Part shown: piece after piece, positions 37,014-46,719 of the stretch
How positions within the stretch are numbered: the first letter of the stretch is position 1
Layout of the letters: every line of letters begins with the position of its first letter
NCBI GenBank assembly: GCA_016185755.1
Contig: JACPMX010000010.1
Coordinates: forward strand, 3,863 to 67,862
DNA: 64,000 nucleotides
Direction of reading: 5' to 3'
From: Candidatus Woesearchaeota archaeon
GTDB taxonomy: Archaea > Nanobdellota > Nanobdellia > Woesearchaeales > GW2011-AR4
Notes under the pieces: model-generated
The model's input: only the letters and a program-made list of their open reading frames with translations
Told to the model about the DNA's origin: nothing
Databases searched by the model: none
Translations under genes and position numbers: made by a program

Positions 37014-37017
37014 GCTT

Positions 37018-37035
37018 TTCCATGCGAAATGAAGG
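37018..37035 (+). promoter_or_regulatory. ORB-like element TTCCATGCGAAATGAAGG (copy 1 at cdc6)
   Basis: Identical 18-mer to 25138-25155. It resembles an archaeal origin recognition box of the TCCA-N4-GAAATGAA type, as I recall the consensus. It lies immediately upstream of the cdc6 start. Confidence 0.6.
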
Positions 37036-37065
37036 TATTTAAACATTTCCTTTACTCTCGCTACC

Positions 37066-37083
37066 CCTTCATTTCTTATGGAA
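37066..37083 (-). promoter_or_regulatory. ORB-like element, inverted copy (16/18 match)
   Basis: CCTTCATTTCTTATGGAA on the plus strand is the reverse complement of the 18-mer with 2 mismatches. It is separated from the first copy by 30 nt. Confidence 0.5.
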
Positions 37084-37281
37084 CCGGTTTCTTTTTGTTT
37101 TTTGTTATATGATATAATATCTATCTATATAGAAAATAAATAAGGTAACACAAAAACAAAAAAAAGAAAAAACAAATTCCAATGGAAATAATGGGGTGAG
37201 CACGGTAATTTTTTATTTATTTATCACTTAATAATAATAAAAACAGTAATATTTTTAAACAAAAGACACATACCCAAAAAC
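37084..37281. other. AT-rich tract, putative DNA unwinding element of oriC
   Basis: About 200 bp of roughly 75% AT lying between the ORB pair at cdc6 and the trmB-like gene. Confidence 0.45.
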
Positions 37282-38061
37282 ATGCCCACACCAACAACAG
37301 AAAAACAGCTCAGGAATTTGGGGTTGAACCTTTACGAAGTGAAGATCTGGGCTGCTTTATTGAGCAGGGGGGTTTCCACAGCAGGGGAGCTGAGCGACAT
37401 AGCCAATGTCCCGAGGTCAAGAAGCTATGACGTGCTTGAAAGCCTTGAGAAAAAGGGGTTTGTGATCATGAAGCCCGGAAAACCGGCACAGTATACTTCA
37501 ATACCCCCGAACGAAGCAATTGAAAAAACAAAGAAAAGAGCACGGGAAGAAACAAGGCTGGAAATAAGCAATTTAAACAACCCACAAGGTAAAAAAATTT
37601 TATCAAACTTGAAAAAATTACATGCGCAAGGACTTAAACATGTGGATTCACCAGACCTTTCCGGATCCCTGAAAGGCAGAACCAACATATACAATCATAT
37701 GGAAAACATGTTTAAAAGAGCAAACACCCAAATAATTATAGCAGCGGCACAAAAGGAGCTGGAAAACATTGCAGATCATTTTAATGTGCTCTTTGAGCAA
37801 CTCCACAGGAAAAATATCAAAATAAAACTTTTGACACAGCCAGGCGCAAAAGCCGGAGAGAATATGGCAAGGCTTGCAGGCATGGCAGAAACCACAAATA
37901 TTGGGAGCAATGCAAGATTCTGCATCGTTGACGGCAGGGAAATTATATTTATGGTGGGGGATGGCAATGAAGTCCATCCGGCTTATGATTTTGGGGTATG
38001 GGTGACCACCCCATTAGCCAAAGATATGGAAGAAGTGTGCTTAAGGAAGGTAAATTCATAA
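37282..38061 (+). CDS. TrmB-family transcriptional regulator
   Basis: 259 aa. N-terminal wHTH LGLNLYEVKIWAALLSRGVSTAGELSDIANVPRSRSYDVLESLEKKGFV. Confidence 0.7.
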   Translation: MPTPTTEKQLRNLGLNLYEVKIWAALLSRGVSTAGELSDIANVPRSRSYDVLESLEKKGFVIMKPGKPAQYTSIPPNEAIEKTKKRAREETRLEISNLNNPQGKKILSNLKKLHAQGLKHVDSPDLSGSLKGRTNIYNHMENMFKRANTQIIIAAAQKELENIADHFNVLFEQLHRKNIKIKLLTQPGAKAGENMARLAGMAETTNIGSNARFCIVDGREIIFMVGDGNEVHPAYDFGVWVTTPLAKDMEEVCLRKVNS

Positions 38062-38278
38062 GCAAAAATTTGCTTTGGGAACCACCGCAACCTTTATAAA
38101 TCACCCACTATTTCTTAGACTATAAATTTGCACATTGTTTAAGCAATTAAACAAAGCACATAGCCTGAAAAGATTGCCTTTTCAGTACAGTTGATTAAAC
38201 TGTTTTCTACAAAGGCCGTCAACAAAAGGCTTATTTTGCAGCAAATGACCATTAGACATAATAGTCTGTGACTATAAG

Positions 38279-39250
38279 ATGCCCAGAACAAGACACCCGA
38301 GAGCAGGAAGCATGCAGTTTTGGCCTAGAGTTCGCTCCAGGCAAAGCTATCCTAGGATCAGGAATTGGCCGTCTGCAAAAGAAGCAAAACCGCTTGGCTT
38401 CGCAGGCTACAAGGCCGGCATGACACATGCCCTCATCAACGACGCTAATCCGAACTCACTGACAAAAGGCACTGAAATTTTTTATCCCCTGACAGTCATC
38501 GAATGTCCCCCCATCAAAACTGCTTCTATACGATTTTACAAAAAAACCCAAAATGGGTTAAGGCTTGTTTCTGAAATTATTGCGGATTCGCTTGACAAAG
38601 AAACCGAAAGAAAAATAACGCTGCCCAAGAAAAAGGGAAAAGAAGCGGCAGATTTTGATTTTGTAAGGCTAAGCTGTCATACGCAGCCGAAACTCACCGG
38701 AATAGGGAAGAAGAAGCCTGAAATTTTTGAAATTGCAATAGGCGGAAACAAGGAGCAGCAGCTGGCTTATGCGAAAGAAAAGCTCGGCAAGGATATAAGC
38801 ATAGGCGAAGTTTTCAGGGAAGGACAGCGGCTCGATGCCCATTCATTGACGAGGGAAAAAGGGTTCCAGGGTCCGATGAGGAGGTTTGGAATCCAGCTAA
38901 GGCACCACAAGTCAGAAAAAAGCAGGAGAAACCCAGGGTCTTTGGGGCCATGGAAGGCGCAAGGCCACGTAATGTGGAGGGTAGCGCATGCAGGCAAGAC
39001 CGGCAAGCACCTGAGGACAGAATACAACAAAATAATAGTAAAGATAGGGGAAAAGTCTGATGAAATAAACCCCAAGGGGGGTTTTTTGCATTACGGTCTG
39101 GTAAAGAACCACTACCTTCTTGTCAAGGGATCTATTTCAGGGCCGCAAAAAAGGCTGATAAGGTTTACAGAATCAATCAGGGCTAAAAAAATGATAAGCG
39201 AAGCGCCGCAAATAGCGTACGTCAGCATTGAATCAAAGCAGGGGAGATAA
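38279..39250 (+). CDS. rpl3: ribosomal protein L3
   Basis: FAGYKAGMTH and full-length similarity to the uL3 family. Confidence 0.95.
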   Translation: MPRTRHPRAGSMQFWPRVRSRQSYPRIRNWPSAKEAKPLGFAGYKAGMTHALINDANPNSLTKGTEIFYPLTVIECPPIKTASIRFYKKTQNGLRLVSEIIADSLDKETERKITLPKKKGKEAADFDFVRLSCHTQPKLTGIGKKKPEIFEIAIGGNKEQQLAYAKEKLGKDISIGEVFREGQRLDAHSLTREKGFQGPMRRFGIQLRHHKSEKSRRNPGSLGPWKAQGHVMWRVAHAGKTGKHLRTEYNKIIVKIGEKSDEINPKGGFLHYGLVKNHYLLVKGSISGPQKRLIRFTESIRAKKMISEAPQIAYVSIESKQGR

Positions 39251-39252
39251 AA

Positions 39253-40059
39253 ATGAAGCTTGATGTTTTTGATTCCGCAAAAAACAGGGTTGGAGAGATA
39301 ACCCTGCCGGAGCAGTTCAAAGAAGAAATCAGGCCGGACATAATAAACAGGGCAGTATTGTCCATACAAAGCCACAACAGGCAGCCGTACGCGTCAAGCG
39401 ACGAGGCCGGGAAAAGGTCATCGGCAAAATTATCGAGAAGAAGAAGAGACTACAGGGGTTCATACGGTTTAGGAATTTCAAGAGTGCCGAGGAAAATAAT
39501 GTCCAGGCGCGGTATGAGGATGAACTGGGTCGGCGCATTTGCCCCTGGAACCGTCGGCGGAAGAAGGGCCCACCCTCCCAAAACTGAAAAGATATGGTGG
39601 AAAAAAATTAATGAAAAAGAAAGGTCAAAAGCCATCAGAAGCACTATCTCGGCAACAATCCTGAAGCTGGTTGTTGCTGAAAGGGGCCACAAGGTCCCGG
39701 AGAACTACCCCTTTGCATTGGATGGAAAATTCGAAGAAATGAGCAAGACCAAAAGCGTGCTGGACGCGTTAGTCAAGCTTGGGCTGGCAAATGAATTGGA
39801 AAGAGTCGAGGGGAAAAAAGTAAGGGCCGGGAAGGGAAAATCAAGGGGCAGGAAATACAGGAGAAAAAAAGGGCCGCTGATTGTTGTGTCAAAAACAAAC
39901 CACCTAAGCAAGGCAGTTGCAAATATACCTGGGGTGGACATTGTTGATGTCAAGAATCTTAATGCCGAGCTGCTCGCGCCTGGAGGGAAAGCTGGAAGGC
40001 TTACCCTATGGACCAGCAACGCAATCAGCATTTTGGAGAAAGAAAAATTATTCAGATAA
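39253..40059 (+). CDS. rpl4: ribosomal protein L4
   Basis: uL4 (L1e) family. Position in the conserved operon. Confidence 0.9.
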   Translation: MKLDVFDSAKNRVGEITLPEQFKEEIRPDIINRAVLSIQSHNRQPYASSDEAGKRSSAKLSRRRRDYRGSYGLGISRVPRKIMSRRGMRMNWVGAFAPGTVGGRRAHPPKTEKIWWKKINEKERSKAIRSTISATILKLVVAERGHKVPENYPFALDGKFEEMSKTKSVLDALVKLGLANELERVEGKKVRAGKGKSRGRKYRRKKGPLIVVSKTNHLSKAVANIPGVDIVDVKNLNAELLAPGGKAGRLTLWTSNAISILEKEKLFR

Positions 40060-40060
40060 A

Positions 40061-40321
40061 ATGGACCCGTACACTATAATCAAATACCCTTTGTCGACTG
40101 AAAAATCGATAAGGCTGATGGAAGCCGAGAACAAGCTGATATTTGTAGTAAACAAAAAAGCAACCAAGAAAGAAATCAAGAAATCCATAGAGGACATGTT
40201 CAAGGTCGAAGTTGACAGCATAAATACATTCGTGAATGCTGACGGGGAGAAAAGGGCGTATGTCAAGTTTGCTGCCAAAAATCCGGCGATTGACATAGCC
40301 ACTCAGATGGGGTTGATGTAA
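40061..40321 (+). CDS. rpl23: ribosomal protein L23
   Basis: I place the start at the internal Met, giving MDPYTIIKYPLSTEKSIRLMEAENKLIFVV. The longer track ORF would overlap L4. Confidence 0.9.
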   Translation: MDPYTIIKYPLSTEKSIRLMEAENKLIFVVNKKATKKEIKKSIEDMFKVEVDSINTFVNADGEKRAYVKFAAKNPAIDIATQMGLM

Positions 40322-40322
40322 G

Positions 40323-41042
40323 GTGGGTAAAAATCTTATACAGCAGAAAAGGGGAAAAGGAAGCCCAAGGTACAGGGCGCCTAGCTTTAATTACAAGGGC
40401 AAGGCAAGCTTTTCAAGATATGATGATGGCAAGGCAATAAGCGGGGCAATTACAGACATAGTGCACAGCAGCGGCCACAGCGCCCCCTTGATGGAGCTGA
40501 AATATACGAACGGCGAAATAGGCTTGTTGCAGGCCCCGGAAGGCGTGAAGGTAGGGGACCAGATTGAGGTAGGGACTGATGTTGAAGTTAAAACCGGAAA
40601 CATACTTCCTCTCAAAAGCATGCCTGAAGGCACATCCATCTATAATATAGAGTCAAACCCCGGCGATGGGGGAAAATTTGTAAGGTCAAGCGGTGCATTT
40701 GCAAAGATAATAACAAAGACAAGCGAAGGAATTGTTGTGCAGCTCCCTTCAAACAAGAGAAGAATTTTTTTGCCTGAATGCAAGGCCGCAGTAGGCATCG
40801 TGGCTGGCTCGGGAAGGACGGAAAAGCCATTTTTGAAAGCCGGCAGCAAATTTTATGCAATGAAAGCCAAGAACAAACTATGGCCAAACGTGAGCGGGAC
40901 ATCAATGAATTCAGTAAGCCACCCGTTTGGAGGCTCAAGTTCGCATGCAAAGGGAATACCGACACAATCTGCAAGAAATTCACCGCCTGGGCGAAAAGTG
41001 GGAAAGATAGCACCTAAAAGAACAGGCAGGCACAAGAGGTAG
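40323..41042 (+). CDS. rpl2: ribosomal protein L2
   Basis: uL2 family, with the C-terminal SHPFGGSSSH motif region. Confidence 0.95.
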   Translation: MGKNLIQQKRGKGSPRYRAPSFNYKGKASFSRYDDGKAISGAITDIVHSSGHSAPLMELKYTNGEIGLLQAPEGVKVGDQIEVGTDVEVKTGNILPLKSMPEGTSIYNIESNPGDGGKFVRSSGAFAKIITKTSEGIVVQLPSNKRRIFLPECKAAVGIVAGSGRTEKPFLKAGSKFYAMKAKNKLWPNVSGTSMNSVSHPFGGSSSHAKGIPTQSARNSPPGRKVGKIAPKRTGRHKR

Positions 41043-41044
41043 CA

Positions 41045-41428
41045 ATGGCAAAAAAAGAATTCACTTTCAGGGGGAAGACAATTGACGAGCTTAAGAAGTT
41101 AAGCATGAATGAGCTGTCCCAGCTTTTGGCATCAAGGCAAAGAAGAACTATCAAGAGGGGATTCACCGACCAGCAGAAGATACTGCTCAAAAAGCTGAGG
41201 GCAAACGAGAAAAACATAGAAACCCATTGCAGGGACATGGTAATCCTGCCCGAGATGGTAGGCTCAACAATCAAAGTGCACCAGGGCAAGGAATTTGTCC
41301 CTGTTATGGTGGAGCCTGATATGGTCGGCCATTACCTCGGAGAATTTGCGTTGACAAGAAAAAGAGTTGCGCACAGCGCGCCTGGAATAGGGGCCACAAG
41401 GTCAAGCGCAAGCCTGTCGGTGAAGTAA
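41045..41428 (+). CDS. rps19: ribosomal protein S19
   Basis: GHYLGEFALTRK hallmark. Confidence 0.95.
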   Translation: MAKKEFTFRGKTIDELKKLSMNELSQLLASRQRRTIKRGFTDQQKILLKKLRANEKNIETHCRDMVILPEMVGSTIKVHQGKEFVPVMVEPDMVGHYLGEFALTRKRVAHSAPGIGATRSSASLSVK

Positions 41429-41899
41429 ATGAAAGGGCACACTTTTAGGGAATACCAAAAGGAGCACATGGCAAGGGCCGTGAGCATGGCATTGCCGATA
41501 TCAGTCAAGCAAAGTGTGGAGATATGCAATTATATCAGGAACAAGAACGTTTCCAGTGCAAAAAAGATGCTGCAGGATGTAATAGAAAAAAAGGCAGCAG
41601 TACCGTTCAAAAGATACAATTTCGACCTTGGGCACAAGACAAAAATAGGCCCGGCAAGGTACCCTGAAAAGGCATCCAAAGAATTCATCAAATTGATAGA
41701 CAACGTAGAGGCAAATGCCCAGTTCAAGGGGCTGAACACATCAAACCTCGTGATAGCGCACGCAAGCGCCCACAAGGCCGGCAAGGCATGGCATTTCGGA
41801 AGGAAGTCAAGAAGAAGAATGAAGAGGACAAACCTCGAGATAGTTGTCGAGGAAAAATCAAAAACAGAAAGCAAAGCAGCTAAAGAAGCAAAAAAATGA
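41429..41899 (+). CDS. rpl22: ribosomal protein L22
   Basis: uL22 family. Position in the operon. Confidence 0.9.
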   Translation: MKGHTFREYQKEHMARAVSMALPISVKQSVEICNYIRNKNVSSAKKMLQDVIEKKAAVPFKRYNFDLGHKTKIGPARYPEKASKEFIKLIDNVEANAQFKGLNTSNLVIAHASAHKAGKAWHFGRKSRRRMKRTNLEIVVEEKSKTESKAAKEAKK

Positions 41900-42624
41900 T
41901 CGAAAGAAAATTTGTGGCGCAAAAAATGAAGGAATTCCAGATTGAAGAATACATAACGCAGAGCCTCGAGAACGTAGGCCACAGCCACACGAAAATGGTC
42001 AAGACCCCTTTAGGCGAGAAAATAATAATTTATGCATCAAGGCCCGGGCTTATAGTTGGAAGAAAAGGCCAGAACATCAAGCAGCTGACTAAAACTTTGA
42101 AGAGGAAATTTGACCTTGAGAACCCGCAGATAGAGATAAGTGAGGTGGAAAATCCGAGCCTCGATGCGCATATAGTGTCAGAGAAAATTGTTGACGCACT
42201 GGAAAAATTCGGCTCAGAAAAATTCAAGGCAATAGGGCACAAGATAATGACTGATGTTATGAGGTCAGGCGCCCTCGGTATAGAAATAGTTGTCAGCGGC
42301 AAAGTGCCGAGCTCAAGGGCAAAATCATGGAGGTTTTATTCAGGCTACCTCAAGAAATGCGGCGATATAGCCATCACTGGGGTAAGGAAATCAAATGCGC
42401 AGGCCCAGCTTAAGACTGGGATAATCGGAATCAAAGTCAAGATAATGCCTCCTGACATAAAGCTTCCTGACGACATAGAATTAGTCGAGGAAAAAGAAGT
42501 AAAAGTCGAGGCAGTAAAGGAAGGAGAGGACAAGGCGGAGCAGAAAGAAGCAAAAGAAAAGCCCAAGAGGAGGAGCCCGCGCAAGAAGAAAAATGAAGCA
42601 GAAAGAACTGAAAGCAATGAATGA
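41896..42624 (+). CDS. rps3: ribosomal protein S3 with Lys/Glu-rich C-terminal extension
   Basis: KH domain GLIVGRKGQNIKQL. The C-terminal 45 residues are K/E-rich. Confidence 0.95.
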   Translation: MIERKFVAQKMKEFQIEEYITQSLENVGHSHTKMVKTPLGEKIIIYASRPGLIVGRKGQNIKQLTKTLKRKFDLENPQIEISEVENPSLDAHIVSEKIVDALEKFGSEKFKAIGHKIMTDVMRSGALGIEIVVSGKVPSSRAKSWRFYSGYLKKCGDIAITGVRKSNAQAQLKTGIIGIKVKIMPPDIKLPDDIELVEEKEVKVEAVKEGEDKAEQKEAKEKPKRRSPRKKKNEAERTESNE

Positions 42625-42811
42625 GCAGGACCTTAACAGCAAGGTTGCCGAGCTGAAAAAGGAGCTCATGAAAACATACTCCCAGATAGCTATAGGCACA
42701 ATACCAAAAAGCCCGGGCAGGGTAAAGGAGATGAAAAAAACAATTGCTAAAATTTTCACAATAAACAATCAAAAAATTCGAATGAAGGAGGAACAAAAAA
42801 GGAATGACTGA
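42593..42811 (+). CDS. rpl29: ribosomal protein L29
   Basis: [22 protein letters not shown] matches the uL29 coiled-coil. The start may be the Met at 42617. Confidence 0.85.
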   Translation: MKQKELKAMNEQDLNSKVAELKKELMKTYSQIAIGTIPKSPGRVKEMKKTIAKIFTINNQKIRMKEEQKRND

Positions 42812-43112
42812 AGTATGCCCGATGTGCGGCTTGGTGAAGGAGCTTTGTGTATGCGAGACAATAGCCAAGGAAAGCCAGAAGATTTTTGTTTATATCGAGA
42901 GGAAGAAATTCAACAAGAACTACACGATTGTGGAAGGCATAGACGAAAAGGAGATAGACCTGAAAGAGCTGGCAAAGAAGCTTAAGTCTGAGCTTGCATG
43001 CGGCGGCACAATAAAAGACGGCAAGATAGAGCTGCAGGGCGAGCACAAGCAAAAGGCAAAAAGGATATTGGTTGAGCATGGCTTTGCGCCGGGCAGCGTT
43101 GAGGTAAGGTAA
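42804..43112 (+). CDS. translation initiation factor SUI1 (aSUI1/eIF1 family)
   Basis: 102 aa. Ends [31 protein letters not shown], the SUI1 fold signature. N-terminal CPMCG...CVC. Confidence 0.85.
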   Translation: MTEVCPMCGLVKELCVCETIAKESQKIFVYIERKKFNKNYTIVEGIDEKEIDLKELAKKLKSELACGGTIKDGKIELQGEHKQKAKRILVEHGFAPGSVEVR

Positions 43113-43128
43113 CACTTTAAGAAATAAA

Positions 43129-43557
43129 ATGGCAAAAGAAGCAAGAAATATAGGAGTTGCTGTGGAAATTCCGAAGCAGGAATGCAGCGATGCAAATTGC
43201 CCCTTCCACGGAAATTTAAGCGCTAGGGGCAGGCAGTTCACAGGCATAGTGGTATCCTCAAAAATGAGAAAGACGGCAGTCATTGAATTTGAAAGGCAGT
43301 ACTTCCTTCCAAAATATGAGAGGTATGAAAAAAGGAGGACATCCATCAAAGTTCATAATCCTGAATGTGTCAATGCAAAAGACGGCGACATAGTAAAGAT
43401 AATGGAATGCAGGCCGCTGAGCAAGACAAAAAATTTTGTAATACTCCAGAAGCTGGGTTCAGAAAAAGGATTCAAGGGAAAAATGGAAGCAAGGGAAATG
43501 TCAAAGGCAGAGAAGCCGAAGAAAGACGAAAAAGCTGAAACGGGGGAGGAATCATAA
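43129..43557 (+). CDS. rps17: ribosomal protein S17 with Lys/Glu-rich C-terminal extension
   Basis: uS17 OB fold FTGIVVSSKMRKTAVIEFER. K/E tail of about 30 aa. Confidence 0.9.
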   Translation: MAKEARNIGVAVEIPKQECSDANCPFHGNLSARGRQFTGIVVSSKMRKTAVIEFERQYFLPKYERYEKRRTSIKVHNPECVNAKDGDIVKIMECRPLSKTKNFVILQKLGSEKGFKGKMEAREMSKAEKPKKDEKAETGEES

Positions 43558-43958
43558 TGCAGCCGCTAAAAGCACGCGTGGCAAAGGCGCTTCCTGTTTA
43601 CAGCAAGATTGAGACATGCGACAATTCAGGGGCTAAAGTAATCAAGGTATTCACGGTCATGGGGTCCAAGACAGTAAAGGGAAGGATATCGAGCTGCGGC
43701 GTAGGTGACTTGGTCATGGCATCTGTAATAAAAGGCAGGCCTGACATGAGAAAACAGGTGGTTTTAGCAGTTATAGTCCGGCAGAAAAAGGAGTATAGGA
43801 GAGCTGACGGCATGAGGATAAAATTTGAAGACAATGCGGCAGTAGTGCTGAAGGATGACAAGGGAAATCCAAAAGGCACAATATTCAAGGGGGCAATTGC
43901 AAAGGAAGCCTGCGAACGATGGCCTGGCATAGCAAAACTAGCAAGTGTGGTGGTGTGA
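43557..43958 (+). CDS. rpl14: ribosomal protein L14
   Basis: uL14 family. CDNSGAKVIKV. Confidence 0.95.
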   Translation: MQPLKARVAKALPVYSKIETCDNSGAKVIKVFTVMGSKTVKGRISSCGVGDLVMASVIKGRPDMRKQVVLAVIVRQKKEYRRADGMRIKFEDNAAVVLKDDKGNPKGTIFKGAIAKEACERWPGIAKLASVVV

Positions 43959-44340
43959 TAGCATGAAAAAATTTTCAAGGGAATGGAAGAGCAGCACAAA
44001 GGCAGGCAAGCAGAAAAAGTACAGGTTTAATGCCCCGCTCCACATCAGGAAAAAGCTTTTGCATTCGCACCTTTCAAAAGATCTCAGGAAAAAATACGGA
44101 AAGAGGAACACCGGCCTGAGAAAAGGAGACAAGGTGAAAATACTGCGCGGGCAGTTCAGGAAGCATGAGGGGAAGGTAGAACGAGTGGATGCAAAAAAGC
44201 TCAGGATATTCGTTAATGGCGTTGAAATGCCGAAAAGGGACGGCACAAAAAAACTGCTTCCCCTGGACCCGTCGAACCTCATGATAACCGAGCTAAATAT
44301 GGATGACAAGCTAAGGCAAAAGACATTGGAGAGGAAATAA
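43945..44340 (+). CDS. rpl24: ribosomal protein L24
   Basis: KOW motif KGDKVKILRGQFRKHEGKV. Confidence 0.9.
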   Translation: MWWCDSMKKFSREWKSSTKAGKQKKYRFNAPLHIRKKLLHSHLSKDLRKKYGKRNTGLRKGDKVKILRGQFRKHEGKVERVDAKKLRIFVNGVEMPKRDGTKKLLPLDPSNLMITELNMDDKLRQKTLERK

Positions 44341-44341
44341 A

Positions 44342-45031
44342 ATGGGAAAAGACCACCTTAAAAGGCTCGCAGCGCCAAAGACCTGGAATGTCAGGAGGAA
44401 GGGGATAAAGTTCATCACCAAGCCGGTGCCGGGCCCGCACAGCATTGAAAAAGGAATTCCGCTGAGTGCGCTGCTGAAGGAAGTGCTTGATTACGCTGCA
44501 ACAACCCGCGAGGTAAAGAAAATACTGCACACAAGCGAAATAAAGATAGACGGAAAGCCGAGAAAAGATTTTAGGTTCCCAATTGGCGTGTTTGACACGC
44601 TGGAATTTAAGGGGACAAATGAATTTTTTAGGATAATAATGGACAAAAAAGGGAAAGTCGGACTGATAAAAATAGGCAGGGAAGAGGCATCGCTCAAGCC
44701 GTGCAAGATAATAGGAAAAAGGCTGGTCAGGGGAAAAACCCAGCTGAATCTTTACGACGGGAAAAACATACTTGTGGATAAAGACGGCTACAAGGTCGGG
44801 GACACAGTGTTACTGTCGCTGCCGGACCAGAAGATAAGCAAGCACTTCAAGCTTGGCAAAAAATCGGCAATATTCCTGACAGGGGGGAAGCACATAGGCG
44901 AGACAGGAAAAGTGGAGGATATTGCAGAGAGCAGGATAATATACAAAAACAAGGATGGGGAGCTCGTCGAGACATTAAAGGACTATGCATTTGTCATTGG
45001 AAGCGACAACCCGATAATTTCACTTGAATAA
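44342..45031 (+). CDS. rps4e: ribosomal protein S4e
   Basis: eS4 family. HLKRLAAPKTW opening. Confidence 0.9.
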   Translation: MGKDHLKRLAAPKTWNVRRKGIKFITKPVPGPHSIEKGIPLSALLKEVLDYAATTREVKKILHTSEIKIDGKPRKDFRFPIGVFDTLEFKGTNEFFRIIMDKKGKVGLIKIGREEASLKPCKIIGKRLVRGKTQLNLYDGKNILVDKDGYKVGDTVLLSLPDQKISKHFKLGKKSAIFLTGGKHIGETGKVEDIAESRIIYKNKDGELVETLKDYAFVIGSDNPIISLE

Positions 45032-45545
45032 GATGGACTCAATGAAGCACATAAAGATAGAAAAAGTGACGCTTAACATTGGCGCCGGAAAGGACCAGTC
45101 AAGGCTAGAGAAAGGAATTGCATTATTGAGGGCAATTACAAATGCCACTCCTATTAAGACCGTGACAAAAAAAAGAATACAGGAATGGGGCCTGAGGCCG
45201 GGGCTCCCTATCGGATGCAAGCTTACGTTAAGAAAAGACAAGGCTGCCAAAATTCTTCCAAGGCTTTTGGACGCAGTCGAAAACAAGCTTATGGAGAGGC
45301 AGTTTGACCATAATGGGAATATAGCATTCGGCATCCCGGAATATATAGAGATCCCCGGGGTAAAATACGACCCAAAGATAGGCATAATGGGGCTTGAAGT
45401 ATGCATAACACTTGAAAGGCCGGGCTTCAGGATAAAGAAAAGAAGGATGCTCCAAAGAAGAATACCGGCAAGGCACAGGATATCCAAGCAGGAAGCCGTG
45501 GAATTCATGGCAAAAAATTTCAACACGATAGTGGGGGCAGAATAA
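45024..45545 (+). CDS. rpl5: ribosomal protein L5
   Basis: uL5 family. Confidence 0.95.
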   Translation: MNKMDSMKHIKIEKVTLNIGAGKDQSRLEKGIALLRAITNATPIKTVTKKRIQEWGLRPGLPIGCKLTLRKDKAAKILPRLLDAVENKLMERQFDHNGNIAFGIPEYIEIPGVKYDPKIGIMGLEVCITLERPGFRIKKRRMLQRRIPARHRISKQEAVEFMAKNFNTIVGAE

Positions 45546-45776
45546 ATGACTTACAGCGACTACAGGAAAGTTTTCAAGCAATTGAAGGAGAAGCCCGTTA
45601 AGATGCAGAAATACATAAAGCACAATTCTCCAAAGCCGAGAAAATACGGAAGATCCACAAAAAAATGCAGAAGATGCGGACGCCCCGGGGGATACATAAG
45701 CAAGTACGGGCTTGGGCTGTGCAGGACATGTTTCAGGGAAATAGCGACAAACCTTGGATTTAAAAAATACAGTTAA
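45546..45776 (+). CDS. rps14: ribosomal protein S14 (zinc-binding type)
   Basis: [25 protein letters not shown]. Confidence 0.9.
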   Translation: MTYSDYRKVFKQLKEKPVKMQKYIKHNSPKPRKYGRSTKKCRRCGRPGGYISKYGLGLCRTCFREIATNLGFKKYS

Positions 45777-45785
45777 GCATTAAAA

Positions 45786-46175
45786 ATGATGAACGACCCA
45801 TTAGCAACCATGATGTCATTGATTTTGAACAATGAGTCAGTAGGAAAATCAGAATGCCTGATAAAGCCGTCTTCAAAAATGATAAGGGAGCTGCTCAAAG
45901 TGATGAAAGAAAACGGCTATGTCGGAGAATTTGAAGAGGTGGAGGACAGCAGAGGCAACTACATCAGGCTCAGCCTGACCGGCAGCATAAACCGCTGCAA
46001 TGTCATAAAGCCAAGGTACAGCGTCAAAGGAACAGGATTTGAAAAATTTGAAAGAAGATACCTGCCGGCAAAAGATGTAGGCATTTTAGTGGTGTCAACG
46101 CCGAGGGGCATAATGACGCATTATGATGCCAAGGCAAAGAAAATAGGAGGAAGGCTTTTGGCCTATTGCTACTGA
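45786..46175 (+). CDS. rps8: ribosomal protein S8
   Basis: uS8 family. Confidence 0.95.
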   Translation: MMNDPLATMMSLILNNESVGKSECLIKPSSKMIRELLKVMKENGYVGEFEEVEDSRGNYIRLSLTGSINRCNVIKPRYSVKGTGFEKFERRYLPAKDVGILVVSTPRGIMTHYDAKAKKIGGRLLAYCY

Positions 46176-46176
46176 A

Positions 46177-46719
46177 ATGAAGGAAAAAATAACGAAAGAA
46201 ATTGAGCTGCCGGAAAATGCAGCGGCTTCTGTGAATGAAAAATTCATCACCATAAAAGGCCTCAAAGAAGTCAAAAGGGAGTTCAGCCAGCGCAGCGTTT
46301 CAATCAGGATAGAGGGCAGGAAGGTAGTGCTTGAATCGAGAAGCGGGACAAAAGAAGACAAGAAGATAATAGGCTCAATCGCAGCTCACATTAAAAACAT
46401 GATCAATGGCAGCCAGAGGGACCATACTTATACATTGAAGATCTGCTCCGGGCATTTTCCGATGAATGTCAGCGTTGCAGGCAGCAAATTCATAATCAAG
46501 AATTTTCTTGGAGAAAAGGTCCCGAGGACCCTTGATTTGAAGGCAGGCGCAGAAGTCAAAGTTGAGGGGGATATAATCCATGTCACAAGCCCGAACAAGG
46601 AAACAGCCGGCCAGGTAAGCGCAGACATAGAGCAGCTCACAAGAAGGCCGGGCTATGATACAAGGATATTCCAGGATGGCATTTACATAACAAACAAGGA
46701 TGGAAAAGAACTAAAATGA
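46177..46719 (+). CDS. rpl6: ribosomal protein L6
   Basis: uL6 two-domain family. Confidence 0.95.
   Translation: MKEKITKEIELPENAAASVNEKFITIKGLKEVKREFSQRSVSIRIEGRKVVLESRSGTKEDKKIIGSIAAHIKNMINGSQRDHTYTLKICSGHFPMNVSVAGSKFIIKNFLGEKVPRTLDLKAGAEVKVEGDIIHVTSPNKETAGQVSADIEQLTRRPGYDTRIFQDGIYITNKDGKELK

Noticed and set aside
42593-42624. The 32-nt overlap between the S3 and L29 coding frames.
   Set aside because: This is probably a start-site call issue (alternative Met at 42617) rather than a biological anomaly.
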